The notes: generated by a model from the letters alone, not told the origin. Counted from the stretch's first letter, positions 34,032 through 44,763 are shown. The stretch: 64,000 bases of DNA from an uncultured Chloroflexia bacterium (GCA_963765765.1 CAVXYC010000019.1:346055-410054); one strand, 5' to 3'. Program-made: numbers and translations.

Positions 34032-34928
34032 TCAGCCGATCGCGATTGATAGACCGTGGTTCTTCCGTCGGCCTGGCTTAATTTGGCCGGGTCTGACTCG
34101 AACTGAGCTGAGTCCGCCCTCGGAGTTGATTCGTGTCCGGACGTTTTCTGGGACAACGATCTCGAGATTGGAAGCCCCGCCTCGGATGGTCGCGGAGGTG
34201 GACTCACTGAGCGACGGAAGGTAGATGGTGCTATTTGATGCACCTACGTCTAGGGCGAGTCGCGTCACATTGAGCTCGCGGAGATCGACCGTGGATTCAG
34301 ATGCGCCAATCTTCCCTTCGATCTCTAGAGGAACACCGGCCGCTATTTGGAGTGTCATTGGTGCAGTGCGCGGGTCGTCATTGCGGTCAGTAAAAGGATT
34401 CATGCGCCAGAATCCGGGAATTCCCCTGCCGCCTGTCAGCTCCAGGTCTAATCGCCCTACGCCGTCGCGCACACGATAACTCGGAGTATTGCCTTCACCA
34501 CCCTGCCAGCGTGCCAGGGTACCCGGCTCTTGCAGCGCCCCTATATTCAAGTGGGCGCCGCCAACGGTAAAGCTGACCACCGCGCGATTAGCGCCATTGA
34601 TGCTCTGAGTCTGGATAGTATTAATTCGCGGCCCCGGCTGCTGATGCGTATGCCACGGTGGCATGCGCATCCAGCTATTGGAGCTGAAGATGACCGTCGC
34701 GATGATGGCGAGAATGAGGGCCCCCCAGGGAGCCCTACGCGTGATAAGCGCCTCCACGCCCAGAGCAATGAATATCAATGGCCAGTACTGGAAGACCCCG
34801 CGAACGGTTTCCCAGGAGATATATCCGAGGTTGAGGGCCAGCAATGTGGCGCCGAGCCCGATCAAGAGCAGCGGGAAGACAATCGGTCGAGAACTATTCT
34901 CCCGTGAATACGGCGTTTGAACCGACAT
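34032..34928 (-). CDS. LiaF/DUF5668-like membrane protein with beta-solenoid ('toast rack') domain
   Basis: LLLIGLG..LL.LNLG, YWPLIFIALG, GASESTVDLREL, GASNSTIYLP. Confidence 0.75.
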   Translation of the reverse strand: MSVQTPYSRENSSRPIVFPLLLIGLGATLLALNLGYISWETVRGVFQYWPLIFIALGVEALITRRAPWGALILAIIATVIFSSNSWMRMPPWHTHQQPGPRINTIQTQSINGANRAVVSFTVGGAHLNIGALQEPGTLARWQGGEGNTPSYRVRDGVGRLDLELTGGRGIPGFWRMNPFTDRNDDPRTAPMTLQIAAGVPLEIEGKIGASESTVDLRELNVTRLALDVGASNSTIYLPSLSESTSATIRGGASNLEIVVPENVRTRINSEGGLSSVRVRPGQIKPGRRKNHGLSIAIG

Positions 34929-34936
34929 TCGCTAAA

Positions 34937-35437
34937 TCAGCGTCGAATCCGCCGTGTAAGAAGCAGCGCTCCAACACAAATCAAGACGGCCGGCCAGAAG
35001 ATTCGCCAATTCCACCACCAGAGCAGCCCCATGTTTTGAGCCAGGAATAACACACCAAGCGCTATCAGAATGAGACCCGCCCAGGTCTGACGCTGTTCTC
35101 GATGCCGCCAATGATCTCCACGGCCAATCATAGGAGTTTCGTGCATTGGGCTCGTTCCTTCGCGCGTTGGGTCCGTCATATCTCCATCCTCCTCTCCAAC
35201 GGCGCCTTCGCTCGCTATGACACTCTCTCGCACCGGTACGATGAAGCTCATGGCGATATAGACGAAGATACCTATGCCATTAATGAGCGCAGCGATGATA
35301 AAGACGAGACGAACTAGTGTCGGATCAACGTCAAAATAGTCTGCCAGTCCGCTGGCCACTCCGGAAATCATCTTTCCGTCGCGATTCCGATACAGTCGCC
35401 TGGGCAGTGTTGCCAATGCTTCATTCCTCTCGTTCAT
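34937..35437 (-). CDS. pspC: PspC domain protein with DUF5668-like TM tail
   Basis: RLYRNRDGKMISGVASGLADYFDVDPTLVRL; FWPAVLI. Confidence 0.9.
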   Translation of the reverse strand: MNERNEALATLPRRLYRNRDGKMISGVASGLADYFDVDPTLVRLVFIIAALINGIGIFVYIAMSFIVPVRESVIASEGAVGEEDGDMTDPTREGTSPMHETPMIGRGDHWRHREQRQTWAGLILIALGVLFLAQNMGLLWWWNWRIFWPAVLICVGALLLTRRIRR

Positions 35438-35450
35438 GCGCTATGAACTT

Positions 35451-35477
35451 GACGATGCGGAGTACGGCATTGTTGCA
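35451..35477 (-). promoter_or_regulatory. ECF-sigma promoter for the pspC operon
   Basis: Minus strand TGCAAC-N17-CGTC just upstream of the ATG at 35437. Confidence 0.7.
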
Positions 35478-35541
35478 CTGGAGCAAGGACGGGGCGTCGG
35501 TTTCGGGCCAACCACGGATAGCCCTAATCGTTCCTCCGGCG

Positions 35542-35568
35542 TGCAACAATAACAGCGGAACTTACGTC
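35542..35568 (+). promoter_or_regulatory. ECF-sigma autoregulatory promoter
   Basis: TGCAAC-N17-CGTC just upstream of the sigma ATG at 35584. Confidence 0.7.
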
Positions 35569-35583
35569 GTAATCGGTAAGACC

Positions 35584-36246
35584 ATGACAGAGCCAGATTT
35601 AGAGCTCATTCATCGGGCCCAGCAAGGCGATCGCGCGGCAGTGGCGGAGATCGTCGGTTTGCAGCAGCGGTACGTCTACAGTGTCGCGATGACAATGATG
35701 CGCAACCCAACGGACGCGGCCGATCTCACGCAGGAGGCCTTCATTCGATTGATGCGCGCCCTGCCGACCTACCGAGCCGAGACGAAGTTCACGACCTGGT
35801 TGTATCGACTGGTGGTCAACCTCGGGCTCGATGAGCTGCGGCGCCGATCCCGCCGGATCGACCCGATGACCTTGGACGATGATGCCGCTCCGGATCCGCC
35901 AGACCCGTCACTCGCCGCCGATCCGCTGCATCACGCAACGTTATCCGAAGATGCCGAGCGGGTACGGGCTGCCGTACAAGACCTTCCTATCTCACAACGT
36001 CTAGCTCTGACGTTCTATTACTTCGACGATATGACCTACGAAGAGATTGCAAACGTGATGAATGTGCCGCTCAATACCGTGAAGAGCCACATCCACCGCG
36101 CTAAATCAAAACTTGCCGTCGCACTGCGCGATGAGGAGTCCAGCGTAGCCGACAGCTCGAGCACGGTCCAACCGCACGAGCGCTCACGGCAAGATTCTGG
36201 ACGCGGCACGCTTCGCTTTGCATTCGTGGGGGCCAGCGGCGCATGA
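35584..36246 (+). CDS. ECF RNA polymerase sigma factor (SigW/RpoE-like)
   Basis: DAADLTQEAF, FTTWLYR, MTYEEIA..NVPLNTVKSHIHRA. Confidence 0.93.
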   Translation: MTEPDLELIHRAQQGDRAAVAEIVGLQQRYVYSVAMTMMRNPTDAADLTQEAFIRLMRALPTYRAETKFTTWLYRLVVNLGLDELRRRSRRIDPMTLDDDAAPDPPDPSLAADPLHHATLSEDAERVRAAVQDLPISQRLALTFYYFDDMTYEEIANVMNVPLNTVKSHIHRAKSKLAVALRDEESSVADSSSTVQPHERSRQDSGRGTLRFAFVGASGA

Positions 36247-36803
36247 GCGAGCAACGGTGTGACGCAAGGCTTTCTTGCGAAGATGCACGGCAGCTCTTGA
36301 ACGCCCGTCCAGATTTGGAGTCAGCCGCGGCCGAACTCGAGACGCACTTGACTGAATGCTCTGCCTGCACTGATTTCCAGAACCTGCAGCACGTTCTCGA
36401 TCGCCAGCTCACGAGGGCCCTGGTGATGGAGCCTCCGGCGTGGTTGACGGCCTCCATCCTTGATGAGCTCAATCCCGCTAAAGCGGTTGCGTGGTGGGCG
36501 CGTCCCAGGATCAGTCTGGTTCTGCAGTGGTCATTCTACCTGCTGTTGACCGGCGGGCTCGTTTTGGGGCTGTTTCTTCCAATGGAGAGCGTATCCGGTT
36601 GGATGGAGACGATCCTGGCGATCCCATCACAGCTCGCTGTGGCATTTGAAGTGCTCATTGCTGTGGTGGGGCTGATTCCTCTGGACACGTTCGCAGGTCT
36701 CGTTGACTATTCAGCGTGGCTGTACGAAGCCGTCGCACTTGCGCTCGTCTTCTGGTGGCTTCGTCAGGGCAGCTCAGCTCGCGAACAGCGTTCTCTAGCC
36801 TGA
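36243..36803 (+). CDS. Zinc-binding (ZAS, zf-HC2) membrane anti-sigma factor
   Basis: SCEDA...HLTECSAC (Hx3Cx2C) plus TM helices; coupled to the sigma gene. Confidence 0.85.
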   Translation: MSEQRCDARLSCEDARQLLNARPDLESAAAELETHLTECSACTDFQNLQHVLDRQLTRALVMEPPAWLTASILDELNPAKAVAWWARPRISLVLQWSFYLLLTGGLVLGLFLPMESVSGWMETILAIPSQLAVAFEVLIAVVGLIPLDTFAGLVDYSAWLYEAVALALVFWWLRQGSSAREQRSLA

Positions 36804-36857
36804 TTCAGCGTCTCAAACGGTTGAGCCAGCGTTGCGCCAGCGCGCTGGCTCCGTCAT

Positions 36858-37607
36858 TTACAGATGGGCGCCGCCATCCGACGCCAGCATCTGGCCCGTC
36901 ACGTAGTCTGAATCAGCGCTGGCGAAGAACACGAACGACGGCGAGAGCACCGCGGGGCCGGGCCGTAGCCCTTTCCGTGAGCGCGCTTTATCGCCGAGGG
37001 TCTGTCGGTCGAATTCATCCAGGGCATCCGTCATTCGCGTTTCGGCCACGGGCAGGATGCAGTTCACCTGAATGTTAAGCGGCAGCAGCTCTTTAGCCGA
37101 GATCTTGGTGAGCTGCAGAATACCCGCTTTCGCCGCTCCGTAATCGCTGAGACCTGGGACGGCCCTAACTCCGGCCGGTGACGTAATGTTGATGATCTTG
37201 CCGCCGTTGCCGCCCTTCATGAAGCGATTCACAATGACCTGAGTACAGAAAAACGTGCCAAGCAGATGTGTGCGAATGGTGTCCTCGAACTCCTCCGGGC
37301 TCTTCTCCAGCAACGGCGTTAAAGCAATGCCGCCCGCGTTGTTGACCAGGATGTCCACCGTCCCGAAAGCCTGGTCGGCAGCTGCTGCCATGCGTTCGAC
37401 TTCAATGTAGCTTCCGACGTCGAAGAGGCCACCGGCGGCTTCGCCGCCCAATTCCCTGATCGACTGGATTGATTCATCGAGAGCAGCCTGATCCGACTGG
37501 CCGGTGACAAAGACCGTGGCGCCCTCACGCGCGAACTCCTCGGCCACTGCCCGGCCAATCCCGCGGCTGCCACCGGTGATCAGCGCTACTTTGCCTTCAA
37601 GCTTCAT
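36858..37607 (-). CDS. Short-chain dehydrogenase/reductase (FabG-like)
   Basis: TGGSRGIG, NNAG, YGAAK. Confidence 0.93.
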   Translation of the reverse strand: MKLEGKVALITGGSRGIGRAVAEEFAREGATVFVTGQSDQAALDESIQSIRELGGEAAGGLFDVGSYIEVERMAAAADQAFGTVDILVNNAGGIALTPLLEKSPEEFEDTIRTHLLGTFFCTQVIVNRFMKGGNGGKIINITSPAGVRAVPGLSDYGAAKAGILQLTKISAKELLPLNIQVNCILPVAETRMTDALDEFDRQTLGDKARSRKGLRPGPAVLSPSFVFFASADSDYVTGQMLASDGGAHL

Positions 37608-37859
37608 ATTGTCCTCCTAGATTAGGAACGACAGTTTAATCTCGCACGCCAGTCGCTTGCGGAGCTCGGTGTGACATTCATAAGCGACCGGTTCCGCGAA
37701 ACTCATATCCCGACGCATTGGGACCAGCGAGAGCGATCCGTACCATCAAGTCACGGCAGCCGAGCCGCACCCGCTACGCCTGGCGTGGTTGACGGCCCTC
37801 ACAGACGGCGCTACTGTAGGCCCACGCACTCTACAAACGTAGCCTGGAGGCCATCGGAC

Positions 37860-38915
37860 ATGCCAGTCATCGACTCTGATGCGCACGTCATCGAGACAGA
37901 AGCCACCTGGGAATACATGACCGGGGCGGATAAGAAGTTCAAACCAACCATGGTCAAGCAGGAGATTGACGGTGGGGGGGAACGTAACTTCTGGTTGGTG
38001 GACGGTCGGCTTCATAGCTCGCGCGTTCAAGTGCAAACGGGTGGCCTGGATCAAGGTGACCACGTGCCAACTCCGGATGACGCGAGATTGCTCACCGATG
38101 TTGGCGCTCGATTGCGCCACATGGATGAGCTGGGGACGGATTACCAGATTTTGTATCCCACGATATTCATCCTCCCTGTGACCAAGCGAGCAGATGTTGA
38201 GCTCGCCCTTTCACGCAGCTACAACCGTTGGATGGCCGATGTGTACGCTCAATCCAACGGCCGGCTCCCGTGGACTGTGGTCCCGGCATTGCTGAGCATG
38301 AATGAAACGTTGGAAGAGCTGCGCTTCGGTAAGGAGCACGGCGCGTGCGGTGTGTTCCTTCGGGGGCTCGAGTCGGGTAATCGCATGCTCTCCGACCCGA
38401 CACTCTTCCCGCTCTATGAAGAGGCGCAGCGCCTGGATCTCTCCATATGCGTCCATACGGGCAACTCCAGCTTTGAGCTGATGGACCTCTACCCGGATGA
38501 GCCTGGCTTCTCACGCTTTAAGCTGGTTGGGATTGGCTCGTTTCATCATGTGCTGTTCAATCAGATCCCTCAGCGATTCCCCACACTCCGATTTGGCTTC
38601 ATCGAGCTCAGCGCCCAATGGCTCCCATATGCGGTTCGAGATCTGAATCGACGACTGCAGCGACTGGATCGCGGTGAGCAGACCGATGTGCTCAAGGATA
38701 ACCGGGTTTGGGTGACCTGTCAGACGAACGACGACCTCCCGTTCATCATGCAATACGTAGGTGATGACAACCTGCTGATTGGTACGGACTACGGCCACGC
38801 TGACACGTCAACGGAGATCTTTGCGCTCCAGACGTTTCGCAAGCAGGGCACGGTGAGCGATGAGACCGCTCGCAAAATCCTGGATGACAACGCGCGCGCC
38901 TTCTACCATATTTGA
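37860..38915 (+). CDS. Amidohydrolase_2 family protein
   Basis: IDSDAHV, YNRW, VHTG, GTDYGH. Confidence 0.9.
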   Translation: MPVIDSDAHVIETEATWEYMTGADKKFKPTMVKQEIDGGGERNFWLVDGRLHSSRVQVQTGGLDQGDHVPTPDDARLLTDVGARLRHMDELGTDYQILYPTIFILPVTKRADVELALSRSYNRWMADVYAQSNGRLPWTVVPALLSMNETLEELRFGKEHGACGVFLRGLESGNRMLSDPTLFPLYEEAQRLDLSICVHTGNSSFELMDLYPDEPGFSRFKLVGIGSFHHVLFNQIPQRFPTLRFGFIELSAQWLPYAVRDLNRRLQRLDRGEQTDVLKDNRVWVTCQTNDDLPFIMQYVGDDNLLIGTDYGHADTSTEIFALQTFRKQGTVSDETARKILDDNARAFYHI

Positions 38916-38937
38916 AATCCGCCAGGAGATTGCGTCT

Positions 38938-40200
38938 ATGAAACTTTCACGAACGATCCCGACTGTGCTCCTGGTGAGCCTGATGGCGATAACGGCTTGT
39001 GCTGCGCCGAGCGCGCCGGCTCCCGCCCCGTCGAAGAACGATGCGTCCAAGGCATCGAGCGCGAGCGCGGGCCCGGACGCCGAATGGGAAAAGATTGTCG
39101 AAGCGGGCAAGCAGGAAGGCAAGGTCCTCATTTACGGGGCTCTTCTAGGCGGTCCGGAGGGATCGGCAATTGCCGAAGAGTTCCGCAAGCAGACCGGTAT
39201 TTCGGTGGATTTCGTCGCAGGGGCTGGCAGCCCGCTCTATCAGCGGATCCGCGAGGAGCTAAAAGGCGGCGGCATCGGCTGATCTGTTCGAGGGCAGCCA
39301 GCCGTGGCCCAGCATCATCCAAAAGGACGGTTATTTCCTCTCGATAAGGACAAGCCGTTGCCTGTGTTGCGGAACGAGAGCTCCGCTTTTCCGGTGAATC
39401 CAGCGATGATGGCTGAGGGCGGGGAGTTCGTGATCAGCCGCTATGGGGGAAATGTCGGGCACGTCATCGTCAATAGCAGGCTTCTTCAGCCGTCCGAATA
39501 TCCGAAGAGCTTGAAAGAGATCGCCACGGAGCCACGGTTCACGGGAAAGTTGGCTGGGTGAACCCGAAGACCACGGGTGACGTCGCGTACAAGTGGGTGC
39601 AGTGGGGCTACAACGCCGACTCGTTCTCGCTGGAGGACGTGTGGTCGATCTACGCCAAGCAGACGCCGCTCATGCTGGCAGTCCCTATGGACGTCGGCGG
39701 TGCCTCGGCCGCGGCGAAGCCTCGGTCGGAGTCACTACCGGCACGATCGAAAATCTCCTGGAAGCTGGTGCGCCTATCAAGGTGATTCTTTTCCCCGACG
39801 TACCGTTGTCGAAGGCGTAGCGGGCATGGGGCTGGTAAAGGATGCGCGCGCATCCCAACGCCGCGTTGGTATTCATGAACTGGGTCCTGAGCAAACCAGG
39901 CCAGCAGGCGATCACTACGATTGCAAAAGTCCGAAGCATCCGGAAGGATGTACCTGAGCGGTACGCCGCCAGGTGTGAATCCCGAAATATCGGGGGGCGG
40001 GAAGCGCGGTCCCGACGTATCTGATGACTGGAGCGCAGGCCGAGCTCGCTGGCGATTTCCACGCCGCAGGGGTGTTTCAGACGTTGCCCGACGGCATCAG
40101 CCAGGCTGATTTCCTCAAGAAGTGAATGACTTATGTGGCCGACTGGGAAACCAAGCGTGGCGGCCCGCAGAAGCAGCAGATCAAGCTCGAGCCTGGTACA
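38938..40200 (+). CDS. ABC-type extracellular solute-binding lipoprotein (Fe3+/thiamine-like), frameshifted, end approximate
   Basis: Lipobox ITAC; WEKIVEAGKQEGKV; HPNAALVFMNWVLSKPGQ. Confidence 0.75.
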
Positions 40201-40345
40201 GTCAAGCAACCGAGCCGCATGCTGGGAGGCTTGTCGGCTCGGACGTTAGGCCAGATCCGATTGTGCATCTCTCGACGCCGCATTAGGCCTCGACGTCGAG
40301 AGATCCCAGTCCACCCATACGGGATGCCACTACGCCTGCTCTGTC

Positions 40346-41337
40346 TTAGCCCTGAGTGACCGACCGGAAATAAGGAATGGTCCGCTGGAGCCCGTCCACG
40401 AGAGGAACCTTCGGCTCCCAGCCCAGTAGACGCTGAGCACGGCCGATATCCGGCTTGCGAACCTTAGGATCGTCCACAGGCAACGGCCGATGCTCAATGG
40501 TGCTGGAGCTGCCCGTGAGCCGAAGCACTTCCTGGGCTAGCTCAGCCACCGTGAACTCGCCAGGATTCCCGACGTTTACCGGGAAGTGGATGTCTGGCGC
40601 GGAGTCAGAGTCCAGTGACGCATCGGCCTGTGTGGAGGTCCGGTATCGTCGTGCAGCAGCAGCTTGAGGATTCCTGAGATCAAATCATCTACGTAAGTGA
40701 ATGAGCGCGTTTGCTCACCCTGGCCGTAGATCGTTAGTGGCTCACCCTGGAGAGCCTGAACAATGAAGTTGGAGACCACGCGGCCATCGTCTGGACGCAT
40801 GCGCGGACCGTAGGTGTTGAAGATTCGAACGATGCGCGTATCGAGTCCATGGTAACGGTGATATGCCATGGTCATGGCTTCAGCGAATCGCTTCGCTTCA
40901 TCGTAGACACCGCGGGGTCCCACAGGGTTGACGTGTCCCCAGTAATTCTCGGGCTGAGGATGGATCTGCGGGTCGCCGTACACCTCTGACGTTGATGCGA
41001 GCAGGAAGCGCGCCTTCTTGGCCAGGCTCAAGCCAAGCGCTTTATGTGTGCCAAGGCTTCCCACCTTCAGAGTGGGGATGGGAATCCGCAGGTAGTCGAT
41101 TGGGCTGGCGGGTGAAGCAAAGTGCACCACCACGTCCAAATCTCCAGCAAGATGCAGGAACTCAGTGACGTCCTGCTTGACGAAGCGGAAGCGCTCATCA
41201 CCAAAGTGATGTTCGAGGTTCTCAACGCGTCCGGTGATGACATTGTCAAAAACCACGACGTCATGATTGGCCTCGAGCAGGCGGTCAGTGATGTGCGAGC
41301 CCAGAAAGCCCGCGCCACCCGTGATCAAGCAGCGCAT
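40346..41337 (-). CDS. UDP-glucuronate decarboxylase (UXS-like), frameshift ~40620
   Basis: [53 protein letters not shown]. Confidence 0.92.
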
Positions 41338-41473
41338 TCGTTCAACCCTTCGGAGTCGTCAGTCGTGTTACGCGGTGCCGATGCGCCGCGCTGGGGAGAC
41401 CACGGCTTTCAACCAGTGCCGGGTTTCTGTGCACATTATCGACGTACCGCTGTGGATACTTGAGTGGATCCGG

Positions 41474-42346
41474 TCAACGGCCAGTTGTGACCGGGGGAAA
41501 GAGATCCTCGTCCTGCTCATCCTCGGCAGCAGGCGGTATGACACGGAGTAAATTGGTTTTCGCAAATGCCACCCGATGAAGGTGAGTTGGTAGTAGCCGC
41601 CAATGACTGTCGGGCTGAATCTGGGTCTTGTGACAGAGCAACGCACGCATCCGCGTTTCGCTGTGCTCGCCCACATCAACGACGAGCGTCACAGGCGTGG
41701 GCGGAATTTCAACGGACCGTTCCCGCTGGCGGTTCATCCTCTGCTCAAGCTTGGATGTGTCCAGACCTTCCTCGCTCATGAGCTCCATGATCTCACTCCA
41801 AGCGCGCGGTACCGACGCCATCACGTAGACACGCTCGGGTCGGAATGGGTCGCCCGGCAAGTCTGCCTTTGGATCCGAGGCTAGCTCAACTCCGCGCATG
41901 GTGGATCGATGGGACATGATGTGATCCGGATGCCCGTATCCACCCCACTCGTTGTCCGTGACGATGACCCGAGGACGAAGGTCGCGAATGATGGCAGCGA
42001 CTTTCCTGCCCGATTCTTCGAGATCGGCGTTGCAGAACGCTTCTGGGTGCTTGTTTGATTCGGTGCCGGCCATGCCTGAGTCACGGTAACCAAGCATGTA
42101 CAGCTCCGATACCTGAAGCACCTCACAAGCTGCGTGGAGCTCCCCTTTTCGGATCTCGCCCAATCGCGGAAACGCCTCTTCATAGACGAGGTCGGGATCG
42201 TGGATCTCTCCCTCTTCTCCGCCCGTGCAGATAATCACCGCCGTGCGCCGCCCTTCAGCGGCTAGCTTGGCCAGCAGCCCGCCGGTGGCGCTGCTCTCGT
42301 CGTCTGGGTGGGCGCGTACGCAGAGAAGATCAACTGGTTGAGTCAT
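41474..42346 (-). CDS. PIG-L family deacetylase (Mca/MshB-like)
   Basis: AHPDDE, TGGEEGE, GYRDSGM, GGYGHPDH, HKTQ. Confidence 0.88.
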   Translation of the reverse strand: MTQPVDLLCVRAHPDDESSATGGLLAKLAAEGRRTAVIICTGGEEGEIHDPDLVYEEAFPRLGEIRKGELHAACEVLQVSELYMLGYRDSGMAGTESNKHPEAFCNADLEESGRKVAAIIRDLRPRVIVTDNEWGGYGHPDHIMSHRSTMRGVELASDPKADLPGDPFRPERVYVMASVPRAWSEIMELMSEEGLDTSKLEQRMNRQRERSVEIPPTPVTLVVDVGEHSETRMRALLCHKTQIQPDSHWRLLPTHLHRVAFAKTNLLRVIPPAAEDEQDEDLFPPVTTGR

Positions 42347-42448
42347 AGGCAGAATGCACCTGAATGTAAGATTCTTTCCGAAATTGTACCGCGCGGCTGA
42401 GCGACGGGATGCCGTGGTTTCAGAATGTGGCTGAGCCAGGTCTCTTAT

Positions 42449-42570
42449 CGGTGGGACAGGCGGCTCTGCCCAGTACGGTTTTAGTTAATCGGTGGAGGCC
42501 CACCGGACGGGGACTCCGCTCCGCCTCCGTAACTAAACCGTAGTCTTGGGCAGCGACGCCTGTCCCGCCG
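42449..42570. repeat. Long imperfect inverted repeat (REP-like)
   Basis: CGGTGGGACAGGCG..TGCCCA.TACGGTTTTAGTTA vs TAACTAAACCGTA..TGGGCA..CGCCTGTCCCGCCG. Confidence 0.7.
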
Positions 42571-42687
42571 TTGACAAGTCGCTTAGCTAATCCGTGTTGC
42601 CTGAGCCCATTCCCCGGCCCATCAGCCACCCAGATGGCAACCGATCGAGAAGGGGCCAGGAAGCTCCACCCTACAAGCGGGAGCCGA

Positions 42688-43659
42688 CTAACTAAATACT
42701 GGCATCACCTTTGCCGCGAAATCCTCGAGCGTCTTGCGTTCGAAAGGTCGCGGAGTATTGAAGTTGAGGTGCGTGACGCCAATGTCACGCCAGCGACCCA
42801 CAATGTCAGTCAGCTCGCTGATGCTGCCGACGAAATGGCTGTCGCGCGCCTGCTCCTCGGGCGTTGCATAGCCCTCGACCAATTTGAATGCGGGATTCGC
42901 GGTCATGTGCGACACCTGTCGATCAATAAATCGCTGCGCCACCGCCTTGTCCTCGGTCAGTAGGAAGGCACCCTGTGTTGAGAAGCTCAGGCTGCCGAAA
43001 TCTCGGCCGGCCTCCTCGCAAAATCCACGCATGCGCTCCTTGAGCGATTTCACGCGCTTGATGGCTCCGAGGGCATTCCACTCATCAGCGTACCTGGCTG
43101 CCACGCGCATCGTGCCCGGGTGCGTTCCGCCGACCATGATTGGAGGATGGGGCTTCTGCAGCGGTTTGGGGAAAAACGGCGCGTCATGAACCTGGTAGTA
43201 CTTGCCCTCGAAGGTCGTTCGATCGTTCGTCCAGAGCGCCTTGATCAGCGCTACCGCTTCATCCAGACGATCGATGCGCTCCTGGACGGTGTCGGGATAC
43301 GGAAACCCATGAATGTCGTATTCCCGGCGATTGCCGCCCGCGCCCATACCAAGCACCGCACGGCCGTTGGAGGCGTGATCGAGGGTGGCGTGGCTCATGG
43401 CGGTGATGACTGGGTGGCGCAGGAGATTGGCCTGAACCATGCACCCCAAGCGAATGCGCGAGGTGCGGCCGGAGAGCGCGAGCAGCGTGGACGGAGCGTC
43501 GAGCCGATCCTGGTCACCGCCACGGTCGACGACGGGCATCAAGTGATCGGACGGATAGAACCCGTAGTAGCCGCACTCCTCCACTACCGCGGCCGCATCC
43601 ACGTGTCCCTGCCAGTTGAGCCCGCCCGAGCCGCCAACGCTGAACTTCATCGCCGCCAT
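42688..43659 (-). CDS. LLM-class flavin/F420-dependent oxidoreductase
   Basis: SDHL, TSRIRLG, RHP, TLDHASNGR, FEGKYY, PKPLQKPHPPIMVGG, ARYADEWN. Confidence 0.92.
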   Translation of the reverse strand: MAAMKFSVGGSGGLNWQGHVDAAAVVEECGYYGFYPSDHLMPVVDRGGDQDRLDAPSTLLALSGRTSRIRLGCMVQANLLRHPVITAMSHATLDHASNGRAVLGMGAGGNRREYDIHGFPYPDTVQERIDRLDEAVALIKALWTNDRTTFEGKYYQVHDAPFFPKPLQKPHPPIMVGGTHPGTMRVAARYADEWNALGAIKRVKSLKERMRGFCEEAGRDFGSLSFSTQGAFLLTEDKAVAQRFIDRQVSHMTANPAFKLVEGYATPEEQARDSHFVGSISELTDIVGRWRDIGVTHLNFNTPRPFERKTLEDFAAKVMPVFS

Positions 43660-43791
43660 GATTCAGACCTCATTTCTCTCGATCGGGGATCGCGCTGTGA
43701 AGCGCGGACGCTGAGCATGATACATCCAGCCAGACGAGCGCACGTCTTCGCCAGTTGGGATTTGCGTCCCGCTCATGCCGAGGTCAGGGTG

Positions 43792-44763
43792 CTAGCTGAA
43801 GGTCGGCATGACCTGCGCTGCAAACTGCTCAAGCATCTCGCGCTTGAACGGACGCGGGGTCTGCAGGTTAAGGTGGGTGACGCCTATCTCGAGCCAGCGA
43901 CCCACGATGTCTATCAGCTCACTGGCGCCGCCCACGAAGCCCGCTTCTCGGGCGTGCTCTTCAGGGGAGCTGTACCCGGGCGGCACCTTATACGCCGGAT
44001 TCGCGGTGATGCGGGCAACGTATCGATCGAAAAAGCGCTGCGCCTCGGCCTTGTCTTCGGTGAGCAGAAATCCGCCTTGCTTGGAGATGCTCAGTGTTGC
44101 GAAGTCACGGCCCACTTCGCTGCAGATCTCGCGCATGCGCTCCTTGCGTGCTTCCACGACCTTGAGCGCGCCGAGGGAATTCCAGTTGTCCGCGTACTTT
44201 GCCGCCACGCGCATAGTGCCGGAGTGCATGCCGCCGATCATGATCGGCGGGTGGGGCTTTTGGACTGGCTTGGGGAAGAACGGCGCGTTATGCACCTGGT
44301 AGTACGTGCCCTCGAATGTGGTAGGGCCCTGGTTCGTCCAGAGGGCGATGATCAACGCCACCGCCTCGTCCAGACGACCGATCCGCTCCTCCACGGTGTC
44401 CGGATAGTAGTAACCGTTGATGTCGTACTCACGACGAGCACCGCCGGCGCCCATACACAGGTCCGCCCGACCGTTGGAGGCCAGATCGAGCGTGCAGTAC
44501 ATCATGGCTGTATTGACCGGATGTCGCAGCAGGTTGGCCTGAATCATGGTGCCCAGTCGGATGCGGGACGTTCGGCCCGACAGCGCAAGCAGCGTGGACG
44601 GCGCATCTAGGCGGTCTGGCTCACCACGGTCCACGATGTTGGTCAGGTGATCGGATGGGTAGAACCCGTGGAAACCTAAATCCTCGACAGCCGCGGCGAC
44701 TTCCAGGTGAGCAGGCCAACTAAGGCCGCCAGAGCCACCAACACTGAACGTCATCGCTGCCAT
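43792..44763 (-). CDS. LLM-class oxidoreductase, tandem paralog
   Basis: Same motifs and length; clearly similar to the 42688 gene. Confidence 0.92.
   Translation of the reverse strand: MAAMTFSVGGSGGLSWPAHLEVAAAVEDLGFHGFYPSDHLTNIVDRGEPDRLDAPSTLLALSGRTSRIRLGTMIQANLLRHPVNTAMMYCTLDLASNGRADLCMGAGGARREYDINGYYYPDTVEERIGRLDEAVALIIALWTNQGPTTFEGTYYQVHNAPFFPKPVQKPHPPIMIGGMHSGTMRVAAKYADNWNSLGALKVVEARKERMREICSEVGRDFATLSISKQGGFLLTEDKAEAQRFFDRYVARITANPAYKVPPGYSSPEEHAREAGFVGGASELIDIVGRWLEIGVTHLNLQTPRPFKREMLEQFAAQVMPTFS

Noticed and set aside
3689-41337. Frameshifts in asnB, UXS, SBP and others read as programmed frameshifting or mass pseudogenisation
   Set aside because: Single-base indels are scattered through otherwise conserved genes, with no slippery-site pattern; sequencing error is the simpler explanation
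43120-44610. 496-aa plus-strand ORF
   Set aside because: Antisense shadow of the two LLM genes in GC-rich DNA; no recognisable motifs
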